A DNA stretch of 64,000 bases from Lama glama (Eukaryota). Positions 1 through 12,364 of this stretch are shown here, piece after piece. Under the pieces are notes generated by a model. The model worked only from the letters and a program-made list of their open reading frames with translations, was not told the origin of the DNA and did not search any database. The stretch covers positions 22,756,001-22,820,000 of the forward strand of contig CM052817.1 of assembly GCA_028534125.1 (NCBI GenBank), read 5' to 3'. The position numbers and the translations under genes were made by a program. The number at the start of each line of letters is the position of its first letter. Positions within the stretch are counted from its first letter, which is position 1.

Positions 1-73
1 GCATGAGTTTCTGTTGATGTGACTGATGGAGACATTCTTTTTAGGCATGGGCAAAACTTAGCTAATAATTGCC

Positions 74-220
74 TGTTGTGGAATGAATCACGTCCTTCCA
101 AAATTCATGTGTTGAAGCCCCAGTGCTCAATGAGACCATATCTTTAAAGAGATAATTAAAGTCAAAGTTTTAAGGGTTGGGTCCTAATCCAACAGGACTG
201 GAGTTCTTATAAAAAGAGGA
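74..220 (+). mobile_element. MaLR LTR MLT1A-like, 5' part
   Basis: Starts TGTTGTGGAATGAAT...CCAAAATTCATGTGTTGAAGCCC...GGGTCCTAATCCAACAGGACTGGAGTTCTTATAAAAAGAGGA, matching the recalled 5' half of MLT1A/B. It continues at 1540. Confidence 0.85.
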
Positions 221-1539
221 GGCTACTAGACAGCTCTCGCGATCACCTTCAGCTTAGCCTGTCCACCCAAGGATGGCAAAATGCAGCAAGGGTCCCAGGA
301 GAGGAGGCCAGGATCCCTTGCCTGAGTCTAGACCTCTCTTCTCCCCTGCCCCCTGCCCTCTCCCCCATCTTCCATATGATTCCCGCCAGAGTCAGTGTTT
401 CTAATCTGAGGATGGCTCTGCAGAGCAGTCTCTGCAAAGGGTCTTGGTCATTTGGAAGGAGGCACAGTGTCCCCTCTGGCCAGAGGTGTCAGAAAAGGAA
501 GACTGAGGTCTTCTTGTTTTGTTTTTAATGTATTTGCTTGTTTACTGTAAATAATAGAAAGCCTTAATATCTTTTCTGCAACACTGAATAATATTTTAAT
601 GTAATTTTGTTGCTATTATTGTTTTTTGAGTTTGAGACCGAGTACAGACACCTTTTAGATAAATACATTTTTGAGAAATGTTCCACAGGAGAAGTTTAGA
701 ACTTCAGTAGTTTTTTTGGGTGTGTGTGTCAGAGGAGCATCAGAAAGTTTTTCTTTGCAAGACTTACTCTTAAAAGCTCAGAATCCTTGTTTTCCCTCTG
801 GCCTTTTAAACATAATAAGGATACGAGGATCCTCATGGAAAGGAGCATTCTCCTTGTCAAGGCTCCCTGACGATTTGCCCTGGGCTGGGATTGCTCAGTT
901 GAGGAATATTCAGGAAGGTTCTGAAGACCTCAGTGCTCCAGCACAGTGGGTAAAGGATGAGGTGTCTTTGGGAAGCTGATTTAGATGCTTAGAAGTGTCC
1001 TCCTCAGAGTGTTACCCAAAAGGGAAATGGAAAAGACCCCAATTCTTGTCCTACCCGAAAAATAAGATTTACAGATGGGAGACAGAGAGTGCTGTGTAGC
1101 AAAATGATTTTAAAAGATCTGTTTAGGAAAAAACAGCACACCCCAAGAGTGGGAGGCTGATTCAAGGAGGAATCGTGGTGTTGTCTCCCCTTCCTCTTAT
1201 CAGTCATTTTGATTGATTGATGGTTCTTGTCCCTGGAGCGCTTAGTCATGTTTAATCTCTTTAAGCATGTCCTTACTCATGGTGACAGAGAGAAACCCAT
1301 GGCAGGGGAGGTGTGCCTAAACCACAATGTTAATCATAATACACGGTTAAATCCTTTCTGTTACTGCGCAGTCATTGAGTCTTAACCGATTTCTTGCTGG
1401 CACTCATTTAGAAGAAGTAAAGCTCGTTTACACTGAAGGCAGGCATAACGCCATCTTCCGGACCATCTTCCCTCTCCTCCACCTAACTGCCTGGTGCCCT
1501 GACTTTAACTACCTAACAAAAGCAGCTCCGTCTTCCCTC
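221..1539. other. Unique-sequence insertion interrupting the MLT1A LTR
   Basis: Sits between two collinear halves of one LTR. It is visibly more GC-rich than the flanks, contains no recognisable repeats, and has no poly(A) or TSD. Confidence 0.7.
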
Positions 1540-1745
1540 CCAGGGGTGCACAGGCACTGGAGAAAGGCCATGAAAGGACAGAGTCAGAAGGCAGCCATCT
1601 GCAAGCCAAGGACAGAGACCCCAGAAGAAACCAAACCTCCCCACACCTTATCTTGCCCCTCCAGTCTCCAAAATCTCGAGACCATGAATTCATATCGTTC
1701 AAGCCACCTAATCTTTTGCTATGACAGTGCTGACAGACAAATACA
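1540..1745 (+). mobile_element. MaLR LTR MLT1A-like, 3' part
   Basis: AGAAAGGCCATG...GAAGGCAGCCATCTGCAAGCCAAGG...GAAACCAAACCT...TTCAAGCCACCTAATC...AATACA end. Degenerate 5-bp TSD TTGCC (69-73) / CTGCT (1746-1750). Confidence 0.85.
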
Positions 1746-2646
1746 CTGCTCTAATATTTCTGTGCCATTTAAATAAATAACAAGAAGAAACTGTAGTGAA
1801 ACAAGAGTAAAAGAATAAAATGATGTGAAGATAATTTACTAAAAAGAATAAAGCTAAACAAATGTAACCAAGATTTTTCAACCAAATTTCTTAGAACCAC
1901 ACTTTGAATAGTTTAATAAATTTAAACAGCTAAAATTTGTTAAATAAAGTTTTGGCATCTATCAGAAGAGATCTGAGGCTTATTCCAGTGAGAACGGATG
2001 AAGTAAACATGCAAGATACTCAAACGCAAGGTCTCCATTTTGTGAAGTTAGAGTTAAGAGCTAACAGAACTACTCAGCTTGCACCTCTGGGCACTTTTTA
2101 ACTTCTAGAGACTGAACAACAATCTGTTTCTATGCATGCACAGCTGTTCACTCCTGTGAAGTCCAAAGCATTCCTATTAAATAAGATTCCACTTCAACTC
2201 CATTTTTTTTCAAAACGTAAATATAATGAATATGCCAGAGTTATTAACTTTCAATGAATCGATTTAATATATATCAGTATAGATACGCTGATCAATTACT
2301 TCACATTATTTACAATCATTCCATGTCTAGTGATTTATTAAATGCAATATTCTTACTTCATAGGATGAGGTAAAGAAGCAGAAAGCCATTCAAAGATGAA
2401 ACTGCCCTTATGCACATATATCTGGGCCTGGATGCCTAGGTGAGGTTGTGTGACTCTACAGACAACAACAGGCAATTGTATTAAGATTTGTTGGGAAGAT
2501 TGGCAACTCAACTGTTTTTATAGCCGTAAGAAAAAACCGTAATGGAATGAAGGTTTATTCCATTCTTCTTAGACAATAAATCCATAAAATTAAGGTTAAG
2601 TTAGAGTTATACTGAAAGTCTGGATTTCAGTCTAAATTATTTATGA

Positions 2647-2665
2647 AGAGAGAGAGAGAGAGAGA
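2647..2665. repeat. (AG)n microsatellite
   Basis: Read directly from the sequence. Confidence 0.9.
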
Positions 2666-4490
2666 AGAAAAATGGCTAGATTAAAAATATTAATTTATCT
2701 TATGGGTACTAAACCAAAGCCCAAGTGGGGAAAATTCTTTTAACGTTAAAATTATTTTGATGGACTTTTTCTCAGCATCTTAAGTACTAGCAGCAACAAT
2801 ATTAATTTTTTAAAAATATGCTTTATATATCTCTGGGCATTAAAAGTTCCCTTTTATCCCTCCTCCGAAGGAAAGCTGATTAACGATTGTTTTTCTCTAT
2901 TGTTATAATCGCTTATATTCATGTTTGTAAATCTTTGAGATTTAATATGCTCTATATTAAATTTACCAGTGAGTGTGTTTTAAATTTCTTGTCTTATTTA
3001 GAGACTTCTCAGAAGAGTCTTCTGCTGTCAATACATTAAGTCTCGAGAAGTGTTTGCTTCCCTCAACAATGAAAATTCAGCACCATCCACAACTAGAAAA
3101 ACTAGTTATTGACTGTCTGCCTGATCTAATGGGAACTGAGTCTAACAGCCTCACTACACCTTATAAGAAGTTAATGAGAAAAGAGACTAATCATGCCACA
3201 TTTGAATATCAGCACAACATGACTTCACATAATTTGCCATAGATACATCTTCTCTGGTCTATGTGATCATTAGTTGTCAAAATTAGGGTTGCTTTAGCAA
3301 AAGTTATTTTATTTTTTCCCTAATTATATTTCAGGAATCAAAAAACAGACTCAAAATTGATTAAATAGCTAGAATATGGACCAAGTGCCACAGGTTGAAA
3401 TGAGTTAAAATTAAGTAATCTGAATTTAAAGCAAAGACGACTTTAGGGAAAACTAAAAGACCTTGAATATGTAAGGTTTCCTGTGAGGTTTAAAAGTTGA
3501 TGTCATTCGTTATTCACCTCTAATTAGTATTTAAAATTTAACTTCAGCTGTCATAAAGGTTAAATTAGATATGATTATGAAGTTTTTATCACAAATAGGT
3601 AGAAATTAGGGTGAGTCATTCATCCTTGTATTTGACTCTCTCAGCCCAATTGGGGAAATTAGAACATTTTGAAGGCTTCAAAGCCTTACTGAGATTGTTT
3701 ATGAGAAGAGAGTTGTAAAACTCCTACATAAGATATTTCTTTGACAGTAAGAATAGTAATTTTTTCTATGTTGGTTTAAAATGTCCGTTAACCTAAAATG
3801 CATGCATGCTGCATTATTTATGTAGATCTCAATAAGCCTGAAATTTGTGAATGAGGTCATGTACCTTCTGAACATTTTTCACATCGCCTGCATCAATAAT
3901 TTATCAATAAATGCTCTTCTTTAAGCATCACACTATATTTGAGACCTATTTCCTTGGTCCATGCAGCTCCTCCACTTGTAAAAATTAGACAAGACTACAC
4001 ATTATTCAAATGGGGGTAGGTTTCACCAAAGTCCCATCTCGGGACTTTCCTGATTGTGTTTTCCTAATTCTGTTAATTTCTTTTCCTTCTTTGTTCTACT
4101 TTATCTTATACCATTCTGCCCTGCTGTTTTGCCTTCTTATTTCAGAATTTTTATTATTCTTCCATGATGATCTTCAAAATACATGCCATCAAATTCTAAT
4201 TTTCCATTATAAATACAACATTATTTAAGGTTTTACTACCCTGCATACAATCTGAAATATTATGTATGCTTGCATCACTTGTTTAAAGGAACATTTATAT
4301 GATATTTCAGCTAACTCCAAATTGTATATGAATTCTCTCTCCAAAAATTAAATAAATAAAAAAAAAACTCAATAGCTCTCATTCCATAGGATATGGATTA
4401 GTCTCTTAGCAGAGCAAAAGAATTCATAATTAGGAGCAGAAAGCACTGGGAGAACACAGAAGGCTCAAGAATTTAGATCAAAGAGCAGAT

Positions 4491-4715
4491 ATAATAAGAG
4501 CTAACACTAATTTAGTGATTAATATGTGCTAAGTATAAAATTAGGCACTTCACTGGTATCATTGCATTTATTCTCATACTAAACTAATGAGGTCACCACC
4601 AATAATACCCCCAAGTACACATAAAGAAACTAAAAATAAACAACTTTACAAAGATCACACAGTTAGGAATTAATAAATTTGGGATTTTAATTTAGTAATG
4701 CTTCAAAAGCCCATA
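4491..4715 (-). mobile_element. MIR SINE relic
   Basis: ATAATAAGAGCTAACACT...TATGTGCTAAG...AAGAAACTAA...CAAAGATCACACAGTTAG resembles the reverse complement of MIR. Confidence 0.7.
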
Positions 4716-4869
4716 CCAACATCTTAACATATCATATTTATTCCTAAACATTTTTTAGCAGCTCTTCAGGTATGTTTCTGTCTAAAATAATAAAAATAAA
4801 AATAGATAACATCTGTTGATCTTTTCACGTACTAAGAACTCTAGGCTAATTCCCTGCTAAGAACTACAT

Positions 4870-5250
4870 GAGGTCCCGTGCACTGTGAGCTATGTGACCA
4901 AAGCAGACAAGTACCACCCAGGGAAGAGAGCAGGTTGTGATTTGAGGTCACTGAGAAGAGACAACACACACACACCCGGTGTAAGTAGTACAGTGTTTAC
5001 TTACAGCAAGAGAGGAAAGAGAATGTCCAAGATCCAGCCTCTTGCAACGCGACAGTCTCCCAAGGCCAGCATATCCACCCCACAGATGCCGATGTGGCTG
5101 GACACACCACATGTCGTGCTGTAGAAGAAGGACTTCCACCCTGAAATACAGAAAATTGGGGGCATGCCTGAAGGTTACTGACACAGGTACCCAAGAAGGA
5201 CAAGCCCAGAACTGGGAGACAGACGCTGAGCACGACTGCCTTTCCCAACA
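4870..5250 (-). mobile_element. ERVL-class solo LTR (MER73/MER74-like)
   Basis: The minus strand begins TGTTGGGAAAGGCAGTCG at 5250. It is a GC-richer block with an AGTAAA-type poly(A) signal near its minus-strand 3' end. The left boundary is approximate. Confidence 0.55.
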
Positions 5251-5387
5251 AATAGAACATTATGTGCTACTATTCTATACTATAAGTTATATTATATTAT
5301 ATAGATTACAATTATATGATATGATGTGATACAATGATATTAGTTACCTACTTTCTTGGAGAAAAATTAGGTCATATACTCAGAGAT

Positions 5388-5406
5388 GTGTGTGTGTGTG
5401 TGTGTG
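5388..5406. repeat. (TG)n microsatellite
   Basis: Read directly from the sequence. Confidence 0.9.
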
Positions 5407-5599
5407 GAAACTTTCTTTGAAAATGTATGCTAAGTCTAAACTTTTAGAAGTTCCTCTTTCTATCTCAGGTGCAGATCATTGTTTTCATTATCTGTAGATC
5501 TTTAAAGAAAGATGGAATCCAGGTACACAGAATCAGATTTTTTTTTGACACCAACCATTTTATGGAGTTACGCTTCTTCATTGAAATATGTAAGAAACA

Positions 5600-5780
5600 A
5601 CTGGGTTTCAATATCAAGAATGGTGGACAGAATAAAGACCTCTGAAAATCTGATCCTCCAGAACATCAAAAAGAGCACTGGAAAAAGCTGTCATATTCAA
5701 CTTTTTCAGGATTTTGGAAATTAACTATCAGCTTGCAACAAGGAAGGATCGTTTATTCAAGAAAAATGGCTGAATCCTGG
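5600..5780 (+). mobile_element. Old L1M 5'-end fragment (L1MC/MD-type)
   Basis: CAAGAATGGTGGAC...CAACTTTTTCAGGATTTTGGAAATTAAC...TTTATTCAAGAAAAATGGCTGAATC matches a recalled L1M 5' UTR. Confidence 0.65.
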
Positions 5781-5847
5781 TGCCCTCCACTACATTTAGC
5801 TACTTGACAATAATCCCCAGTCTTAATTGCTTTTGTATCTTGCTTTC

Positions 5848-6196
5848 TGTAACACGTGCCTGTCACATGTTCTGCAGATGTTTCCAGAGTGATGAAGGCT
5901 CATCCAAGCCTTTTACAGAAAGCCTTCTCCCAGCCCTGCAAGCTGGAGGCGGCTTCCTCCAGTATCTGTAGGAGAAACCCGACTCCTGTGAACATCCACG
6001 GAAAGGAGAGCTCTGTGTGGCCATGCCTGCAGCCCTCCTCCTGTGGCTCTATCATTCTGTCCTGTAACTGTCATTCGCCCTGTTCTCCACTGCCATTAGC
6101 AATCTAACTATAAAATAAATCTGGCCATGTCACTGTCTTTCCTCAAAACAAAACAAAGGAACACTCTTCTGGTTAGTCTGTTTTCTGGCACTAACA
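5848..6196 (+). mobile_element. Possible solo LTR, family unassigned
   Basis: TGTAAC...CTAACA termini and an AATAAA at about 6114 in a roughly 350-bp GC-richer block. No TSD match. Confidence 0.35.
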
Positions 6197-7329
6197 ATCC
6201 AAAGATGGCAAGAGAGGTGAAGTGGGGGCGCCTACACATGCAACTCTTCACGTCTCTTTTGGAAAGCAATTTGTCAGTAGCATGTTGACTCAGTCATATC
6301 ACTCATGGGTGTCTATTTTAAAGAATAAACATTCACGGAAAATAACAACCACCACCACAACAGAAGAGGCCATAGGTGAAATACGCAACAGCAACTTCAT
6401 TCTCATAGCCAGCAGCCTCTTGGGATTTGGGGGTTGGTATATTATATACTACTCTGGTAAAGGACAGAGGACATCTGTTGATTAACTTCTCTCTTATTAA
6501 ACTGGTAGTTTATCTTTATGAAGTCTTTGTGAAAGGTTTGATAATAAAAAAATTCTCAGGAATTTAATGGAAAATATGACAGCCAGAATAAGCAGAATTA
6601 TCAGTTTTGTGTAGGAAAAAAAAAGAGCTAATGGTATTTTGTATTACTGAATGCTTAAAGATATAATAGAAATTTCTTCTGGGAATATTACTTGCTTTGC
6701 TTCTTATTTGCTGATGGTGAAAGTGTCCTTGCCTCCTTTCGCCTGGCTTGTTTGTGATAATTACTACTGTTCAGTTGAATTTCACATCACGCTTACACGC
6801 AAATCATCTCTAAGCTTTTGGGTTTCTCTTCGAATCACTTTTAGAGGCTTGATGTAAATAACGACATTTATAGTAAATTTTCTGTGTCAAGATAGATTTC
6901 GTCTTGCATCTCTTATATGCCTCTTCCATTTTCCTGAAAATATCATACATATCATAATATTTAATAACATCTTAAGACTACTTTGTTTACATTGCAAAAA
7001 AAGCCCTCTCAGTTTGACATTTTAATGCAATTTTCTATATACTCGATCTGATGAAAAGCCCATGTGCCAAGCAAAACAATACACATGTATTTACATGTGA
7101 CTGGGCTAAGTCAAGACATGCTAAAACTTGGATGAGTTTATCTTGTGAGGTATCTTGAAATACTAAGTTTAAGCTAAGTAATATTACCACATGGAACGGC
7201 CCATTGATGTCCAGCGTTTCAAAGTAAAACTTTTCAATTTCTACACACATCATCATATTAAAAAATGTAAAAATCAATACTCAAAAACACCTCAGAGTGT
7301 TTTAAATAATAATACTTAAAATACATGCA

Positions 7330-7590
7330 TACCATGATTTTTCACCTCTAGGCCTTTTCAGAGGCTCTTCTATCTATTGGAATGCTCCAAATTTTCTGTT
7401 TCCCTCGCAAAAATCCTTCTATGTTTTAGGCCAGGTCAAAAGCTTCCTGTATAGAATTCTTTCCCTAATCCACAGAATAAACCATTAATTCATCTGTACA
7501 AACTTTCTCATGATTACTACATAGTACTGAGATTTTTTTTCCCTAAAAACTTGTCACTCACTTTATTATCCCACTCATTATACTGTAATT
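7330..7590 (+). mobile_element. L2 3' relic
   Basis: CACCTCTAGGCCTTTT...TGGAATGCTC...CTTTCCCTAATCC pattern of the L2 3' region. Confidence 0.5.
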
Positions 7591-7604
7591 GTTTTTTGGG
7601 ACTT

Positions 7605-8015
7605 CCTGTGACCAAGGCTGGCCTAATGATAGTATTTTATTCCGGTGGCTACCATAATTAATTCAAAGAGTTGGCACATAACCAAAGTTAATTACAGTCT
7701 CTCTTTCTCTCTGTCTCCCTCCCTCTCCATTTTCTCTTGTTACCAAGAGCTTTCACCACCTCCTATTTTCTCTGTGCTTACAAGGAGAAAGCTCTAGTCA
7801 GCAATTGAAGAGAAATGAATTTTCATGCACAGAGAAACTAAAGTGAGGAGAAGACGAAAAAAATGTCCTGGAGACATCAAGGCCATTGGCTGAAATATTT
7901 CCAATAGGCACCTTTGCTCTTCAGAATTATGCAAGCCCATTAACCCCCATTTACGCCAAAGTTAATTTGAAATGAGTTAATGTCACTTGCAACTGAAAGA
8001 TTCCTGACTAACATA
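7605..8015 (+). mobile_element. MaLR LTR MLT1J/K/L-like
   Basis: Ends with TGTCACTTGCAACTGAAAGATTCCTGACTAACATACA, typical of old MLT1 3' ends. GTGACCAAGGCTGGCCTAAT motif at the start. Confidence 0.65.
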
Positions 8016-8400
8016 CATGCCTATGTTAAGATGAAGATTTAGTATTTGCAGAATCTAGTTCAGGCAATTAACCGCTGATTAAAAACATTTTAACCACATT
8101 TTCTGTATGATCACATTCTAAGGCACTAAAGCAGAGGGTGTTCTGTTTTGGGTTTGTCTGAATATTGAGTAGGAGATGAAAGAATCTGAGTATTCATGAA
8201 AGAAAAAAGTTACAAAGAGAAACATATCCTTCAGTACTTAACAATCAGGAGTTCAAATTGATGGAGGCTAAAAGTCTCAAGGTAAAACATAAAAGGAAAA
8301 AAAGTCTTCATGTTCCTTCTGCATACTCACTCTCCCTCTGTAATTATGTACAAAATAGGGGAGTCTCATTAAAAAACAAGATGACACCAAAGAGTATATT

Positions 8401-8435
8401 GTTTTGTTTTGTTTTCTGGGGGTGAGGTAATTAGG

Positions 8436-8470
<35 letters not shown>

Positions 8471-8534
8471 TTGAAAGTACTGGGGATTGAACCCAGGACC
8501 TCGTGCATGCTAGGCACTTGCTCTATGCCCTCCC
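8401..8534 (-). mobile_element. Camelid tRNA-Ala-derived SINE (Vic-1 type), with a short internal deletion
   Basis: Minus strand GGGAGGGCATAG-AGCAAGTGCCTAGCATGCACGAGGTCCTGGGTTCAATCCCCAGTAC, then (AAAT)n, CCTAATTACCTCACCCCC and an A-rich tail. Confidence 0.85.
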
Positions 8535-9254
8535 TTAAAGACTATTACAGTTGTTGGTGTTTTTAAATGTTTAATTACAACGTCCTTGTAGTAAGAAGGG
8601 CATTTTCCTATATAACAACAGTGGGTAGGGAGTTACAAATGGTGAAATCATTTACAATTGGCTTTACCATATGGAGAGCTAAGTATTTCAGGATTAGTTT
8701 TTTTCTGGCATGTGCACCTTTGTATCTTACAAAGCACCAGGAGCCTATGTATTACACAGAAATGAAAAAGAGAAAGTAGTTTTATTGTGTCATCCCCTAG
8801 CATGTAGCCAATATGAATTCTTCTCAAGTGGGTTGGTCTTTTTTTCTTCTAGATCAGTCGACCAAAATCATACAGGGACTCATCACTAAAGAGTTAATTT
8901 CAGTATAATTTTCAGATTGAATGTGTTGCTTTTTAAAGCTTAATTTGCGATCTCACTGTAATCAGACCATAAGAGTGATGAGCACTGACACCCTAAGTAC
9001 AGAGCAAAACAGAAAGACATTGTGTATTCATGTGTAGAAGGAAGAAATCAGGGAGACACAGGCGCACAGAACTACATCCACATGGCTGCACACACAAGCT
9101 GACTAAGACATTTTGCATGTACTTCGTGATAGATTTTGCATAGTGTCATCGTCTGGGCATAGTCAGAGGACAAGGAAACTTCACAAATTAACGAAATGAA
9201 GGATAGCAATAAATGTACTGAGAATTAAAATCCACAGACTAAACTGCAGTGGCA

Positions 9255-9406
9255 GGGGAGTAGGTTATAATTCAGTGATACAGTGTGTGCTTAGCATGCA
9301 CCAGGTCCTGGGTTCAATTCCCAGTACCTCCATTAAAAATAAATAAATCTAATTACTTCCCTCCCAAAAAAAAAGAAAAAATAATAATTAAATTAAAATT
9401 TTTAAG
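9255..9406 (+). mobile_element. Camelid tRNA-Ala-derived SINE (Vic-1 type)
   Basis: GGGGAG...TCAGTGATACAGTGTGTGCTTAGCATGCACCAGGTCCTGGGTTCAATTCCCAGTACCTCCA (tRNA-Ala(AGC)-like, B box GTTCAATTC) and an A-rich tail. TSD AAACTGCAGTGGCA (9241-9254) / AAGTTGCAATGGCA (9407-9420). Confidence 0.9.
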
Positions 9407-9964
9407 AAGTTGCAATGGCATAAGTTTGGCATCTATATAAAACTCTCTTTCTTTTTAAGTTGACTCATTCTTTTGTCAGTCAGTCAGATTCGAAACATTG
9501 CTGATGTGATCTGCCTTTCAATCAGCCTGAGAGTGTCTTCATTTGTAAAGAGATGGGGGCAAGAATTGGAGGTTCATGAGTAAAACCATCTGGGACTATT
9601 GTCTTATACTTTATGCATGCCACATATTAAGGAAAAGTTTCTGATAATTCACTACTACCTTCCAAACTCTATCATCTATTTTGATCTTATAAATTCAGTC
9701 TTTACTAAGTAACAGAAAAGGAATGTAAGTAACTGATGTGGTTCATATTTTTCTAAGAGTTGTATCAGAGTGAATAATATTATAGAGTCCCTCATTGTAT
9801 CAGTCATATTTGGAGCAACCATACCAGAGCCTTGGGATTAGGATACATGTGACACTGATGATCTTGTGACACTGCAGTCAGCTGAGACTTAGAAAATAAA
9901 TAGAAAAACTCTACAGTGAACACTGAGTAGTCTGAAATCCATGTTTGCTCAGAGGCATTCTCCA

Positions 9965-9965
<1 letters not shown>

Positions 9966-9992
<27 letters not shown>
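9966..9992. repeat. (TG)n microsatellite
   Basis: Read directly from the sequence. Confidence 0.9.
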
Positions 9993-9995
<3 letters not shown>

Positions 9996-11319
9996 AAGCC
10001 AGAGGAGAAAAGAAAGCTGTTTTCAAAGACACACTCTAGCAGTCAATCAAACATATTAAGACATACTTGCTGAAGAAGCAGAGTTTGTAAAAATTAAAGA
10101 CTTGACAGGTCAGGTTCTGTGACTGAGAGGAAACTATTATAACTCTCGAATCAACTTTAAGATTTTCAAGAGGTTTAAGTTTAGGGCTCTGGTGCCTTTC
10201 AGTAGTGACAGAACTCTGTAAAACAACCTGAACCTGCGTATGTCAAGATGAAATATATATGCAGGATTCTGTAGTTGACTTTGTGTGTATTTGGCCAAGG
10301 TTGTTCAAAGTTAAGGTCCTGAACAACAGCAAAGTTTCCTCTCATATTTTATTTTTGACCAAAATTAACACAAATACCCCAATTCCACCACCAATTTCTC
10401 TAAACCTTTATATTAAAGTATCCCCACAAAAATAGTTTGTCAGATGCTTCTTCTGTAAAACGTAAAAATCAAAACAAAACAAACCTGGCTCTGAGAATTT
10501 ATACAACAATCTGTATCATAGTGAGCTTTTTATTTTTTTTTCAGAGGAAAGTTTCAAAAGGAAACTTCTTCCAGAGAAATGAAAATTCTAGTTCAAACAA
10601 TCTCTTACAAAGATATTTTTGGCAGGAAAAATGGTAGTTGTGCTACTCATGATGCAACTGAATCCTCATGAGTAGCTTATTAATGGGATACTGGGTTAAT
10701 TGACATGACAAGCATATAGTCAACTTGACAGTGCTTATCTTTTTCTGACATGGTTTGGTGGTTGGCTGAGTTCTTTTAGTCCTTTGTTCTAATTTGGCTG
10801 TAAATCAATTGGATTGTGTGGCACTAGGGGTTTTGCATTTTGTGGGTTTGTAGTTGTAATCATAAAAGGTACTGGAATTCCAACCTAGTCCTCTCATATT
10901 ATATGAGCTGAAACAAGTCTAAGTATTAAAGCATTCCAAGGCAATCTAGTGTACACAGCATATACCTCCCATTTTACCTAGTCCACTAAAAAGGTATTTC
11001 TTATATAACACTGAAGTGTATGTCTAAAACGTGGGAAAATTAAGAAATAGTATCGTTAGGTAATAGAGTATAGCATTATCCAAAACTGAATAAACCACAA
11101 TATGTTACAATATTTAGATAAAATGTATCTGAAAAGAATAGTTTTAGACCAATTGAACCTTTGATGAAAAAGGTAATGGGGGGGTAACTTTAGTTAGAGA
11201 GACAGTGGAGGCAACATGGGGAAAGGAAAAAGGACTGTCCATAGAAACAGAACTGCAAATTAACATTTCAGTATCAATGAGAATACAAGCCACTGAGTTT
11301 TGACTGGGGTGGAAAGGTG

Positions 11320-11660
11320 TATTCATTCATATGTTTATTAAACAAAAAATATGCTGAGTGCCTGTTTTGTCTTAGGTACCACTAGTTAGGCTTGTCAGAT
11401 AAGATTAAAAAAAAAAACAAATGCCTAGTTAAATTTGAGTTTCAGTTAACAAATATGCTTTCAGAATATATACAACCCTTGCAATATTTGAGACATGCTT
11501 ATAAGAAGAATGTATTTGTTGTGTACCTGAAAATAACATTTAAATGGGTATTTTTTTAATCTGCTTAATCTGGTGACCCTAAGTAGATGTGGAGATATAA
11601 TGATCAAAAAATACATAATATCTGACATGGCAGAATTTAGAGACAGAGAGATGACAAAAA
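11320..11660 (-). mobile_element. L2 3' end relic, interrupted by MER53
   Basis: ATTCATTCAT...TGCTGAGTGCCTG...TAGGTAC, resuming after 11581 with GGAGATATAATGATCAAAA. Confidence 0.55.
11387..11581. mobile_element. MER53 palindromic MITE
   Basis: TIRs TAGGCTTGTCAGAT / ATCTGGTGACCCTA. Internal arms AGTTAAATTTGAGTTTCAG / CTGAAAATAACATTTAAAT and centre TGCAATATTTGAGACATGCTTATA match the MER53 layout. Confidence 0.8.
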
Positions 11661-12364
11661 AATTGACAAATTTTTTAAATCACCAAAATTTATATACCTA
11701 AAATATTAATGGAATGGAGGAAGACACTTTTAGGGAATTAAGTAGCTTGACTCATTACTTCAAATTTTACTTAACCTTCCAAAATAAGTATTTCTGACCA
11801 TCTTTGAAATCACAGTCTGCCTTCATCTCCTGGAGGACTCTGTCTCAAATATAATCCATGCAGCAAATCCACAAAAATAGCTGTTTAATGAACATCTTGG
11901 CTATTTAAAATGAGAAGCACATTAGCAGTGCATATTTTAACAGTCGTCCTCGAAATCCATGCTCAAATTTCTGAGTTTTTATGCTCATTTTAATATACAT
12001 AATGAACTAAACTTGGGTTAATAAAATTATTTTCCACAATAATTTTAAAATGTTTTCCATGATTTTTGTCTATATAGGTTTTCGATGCCTTTACTGCTAA
12101 ATTATTGTATAAGGTTGATTTGGTTGTAACAGAACATTTCCTTAATGACATTAAATAGTATGTTTTTTTTGTTGTGTTTTCTTTCTCTCTCTCATATTAA
12201 CTCATCTGAAGCAAAGACAATCTCTTTCTGCTCAACTTTCTTTGATTTCTGCCTTTAATTTTTAAGGTCTCAAAATGACTGCTTTCACCTGCATTTCTGT
12301 TAGGAATAAGGAAGAAACTCAAAATACGTATCTTAAGACACAGTATATATTTTGTGTGTAGTTT

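Noticed and set aside
464..483. CTCF-like CAGTGTCCCCTCTGGCCA
   Set aside because: It needs a 1-nt gap to fit the motif.
1375..1776. 133-aa ORF
   Set aside because: It has a non-ATG start, crosses the insert/MLT1A junction and shows no recognisable homology.
3400..3760. Possible L3/CR1 3' relic
   Set aside because: Only short motifs resemble CR1, too degenerate to support without an HMM search.
9255..9332. tRNA-Ala gene
   Set aside because: The A box and stems are mutated, and it has a SINE tail and TSD. It is a SINE, not a tRNA gene.
12197..12296. Minus-strand acceptor TTTCTTCCTTATTCCTAACAG with a short open frame
   Set aside because: The donor-like site reads CAG|ATGAGT (no GT), the peptide is unrecognised and the site is isolated.
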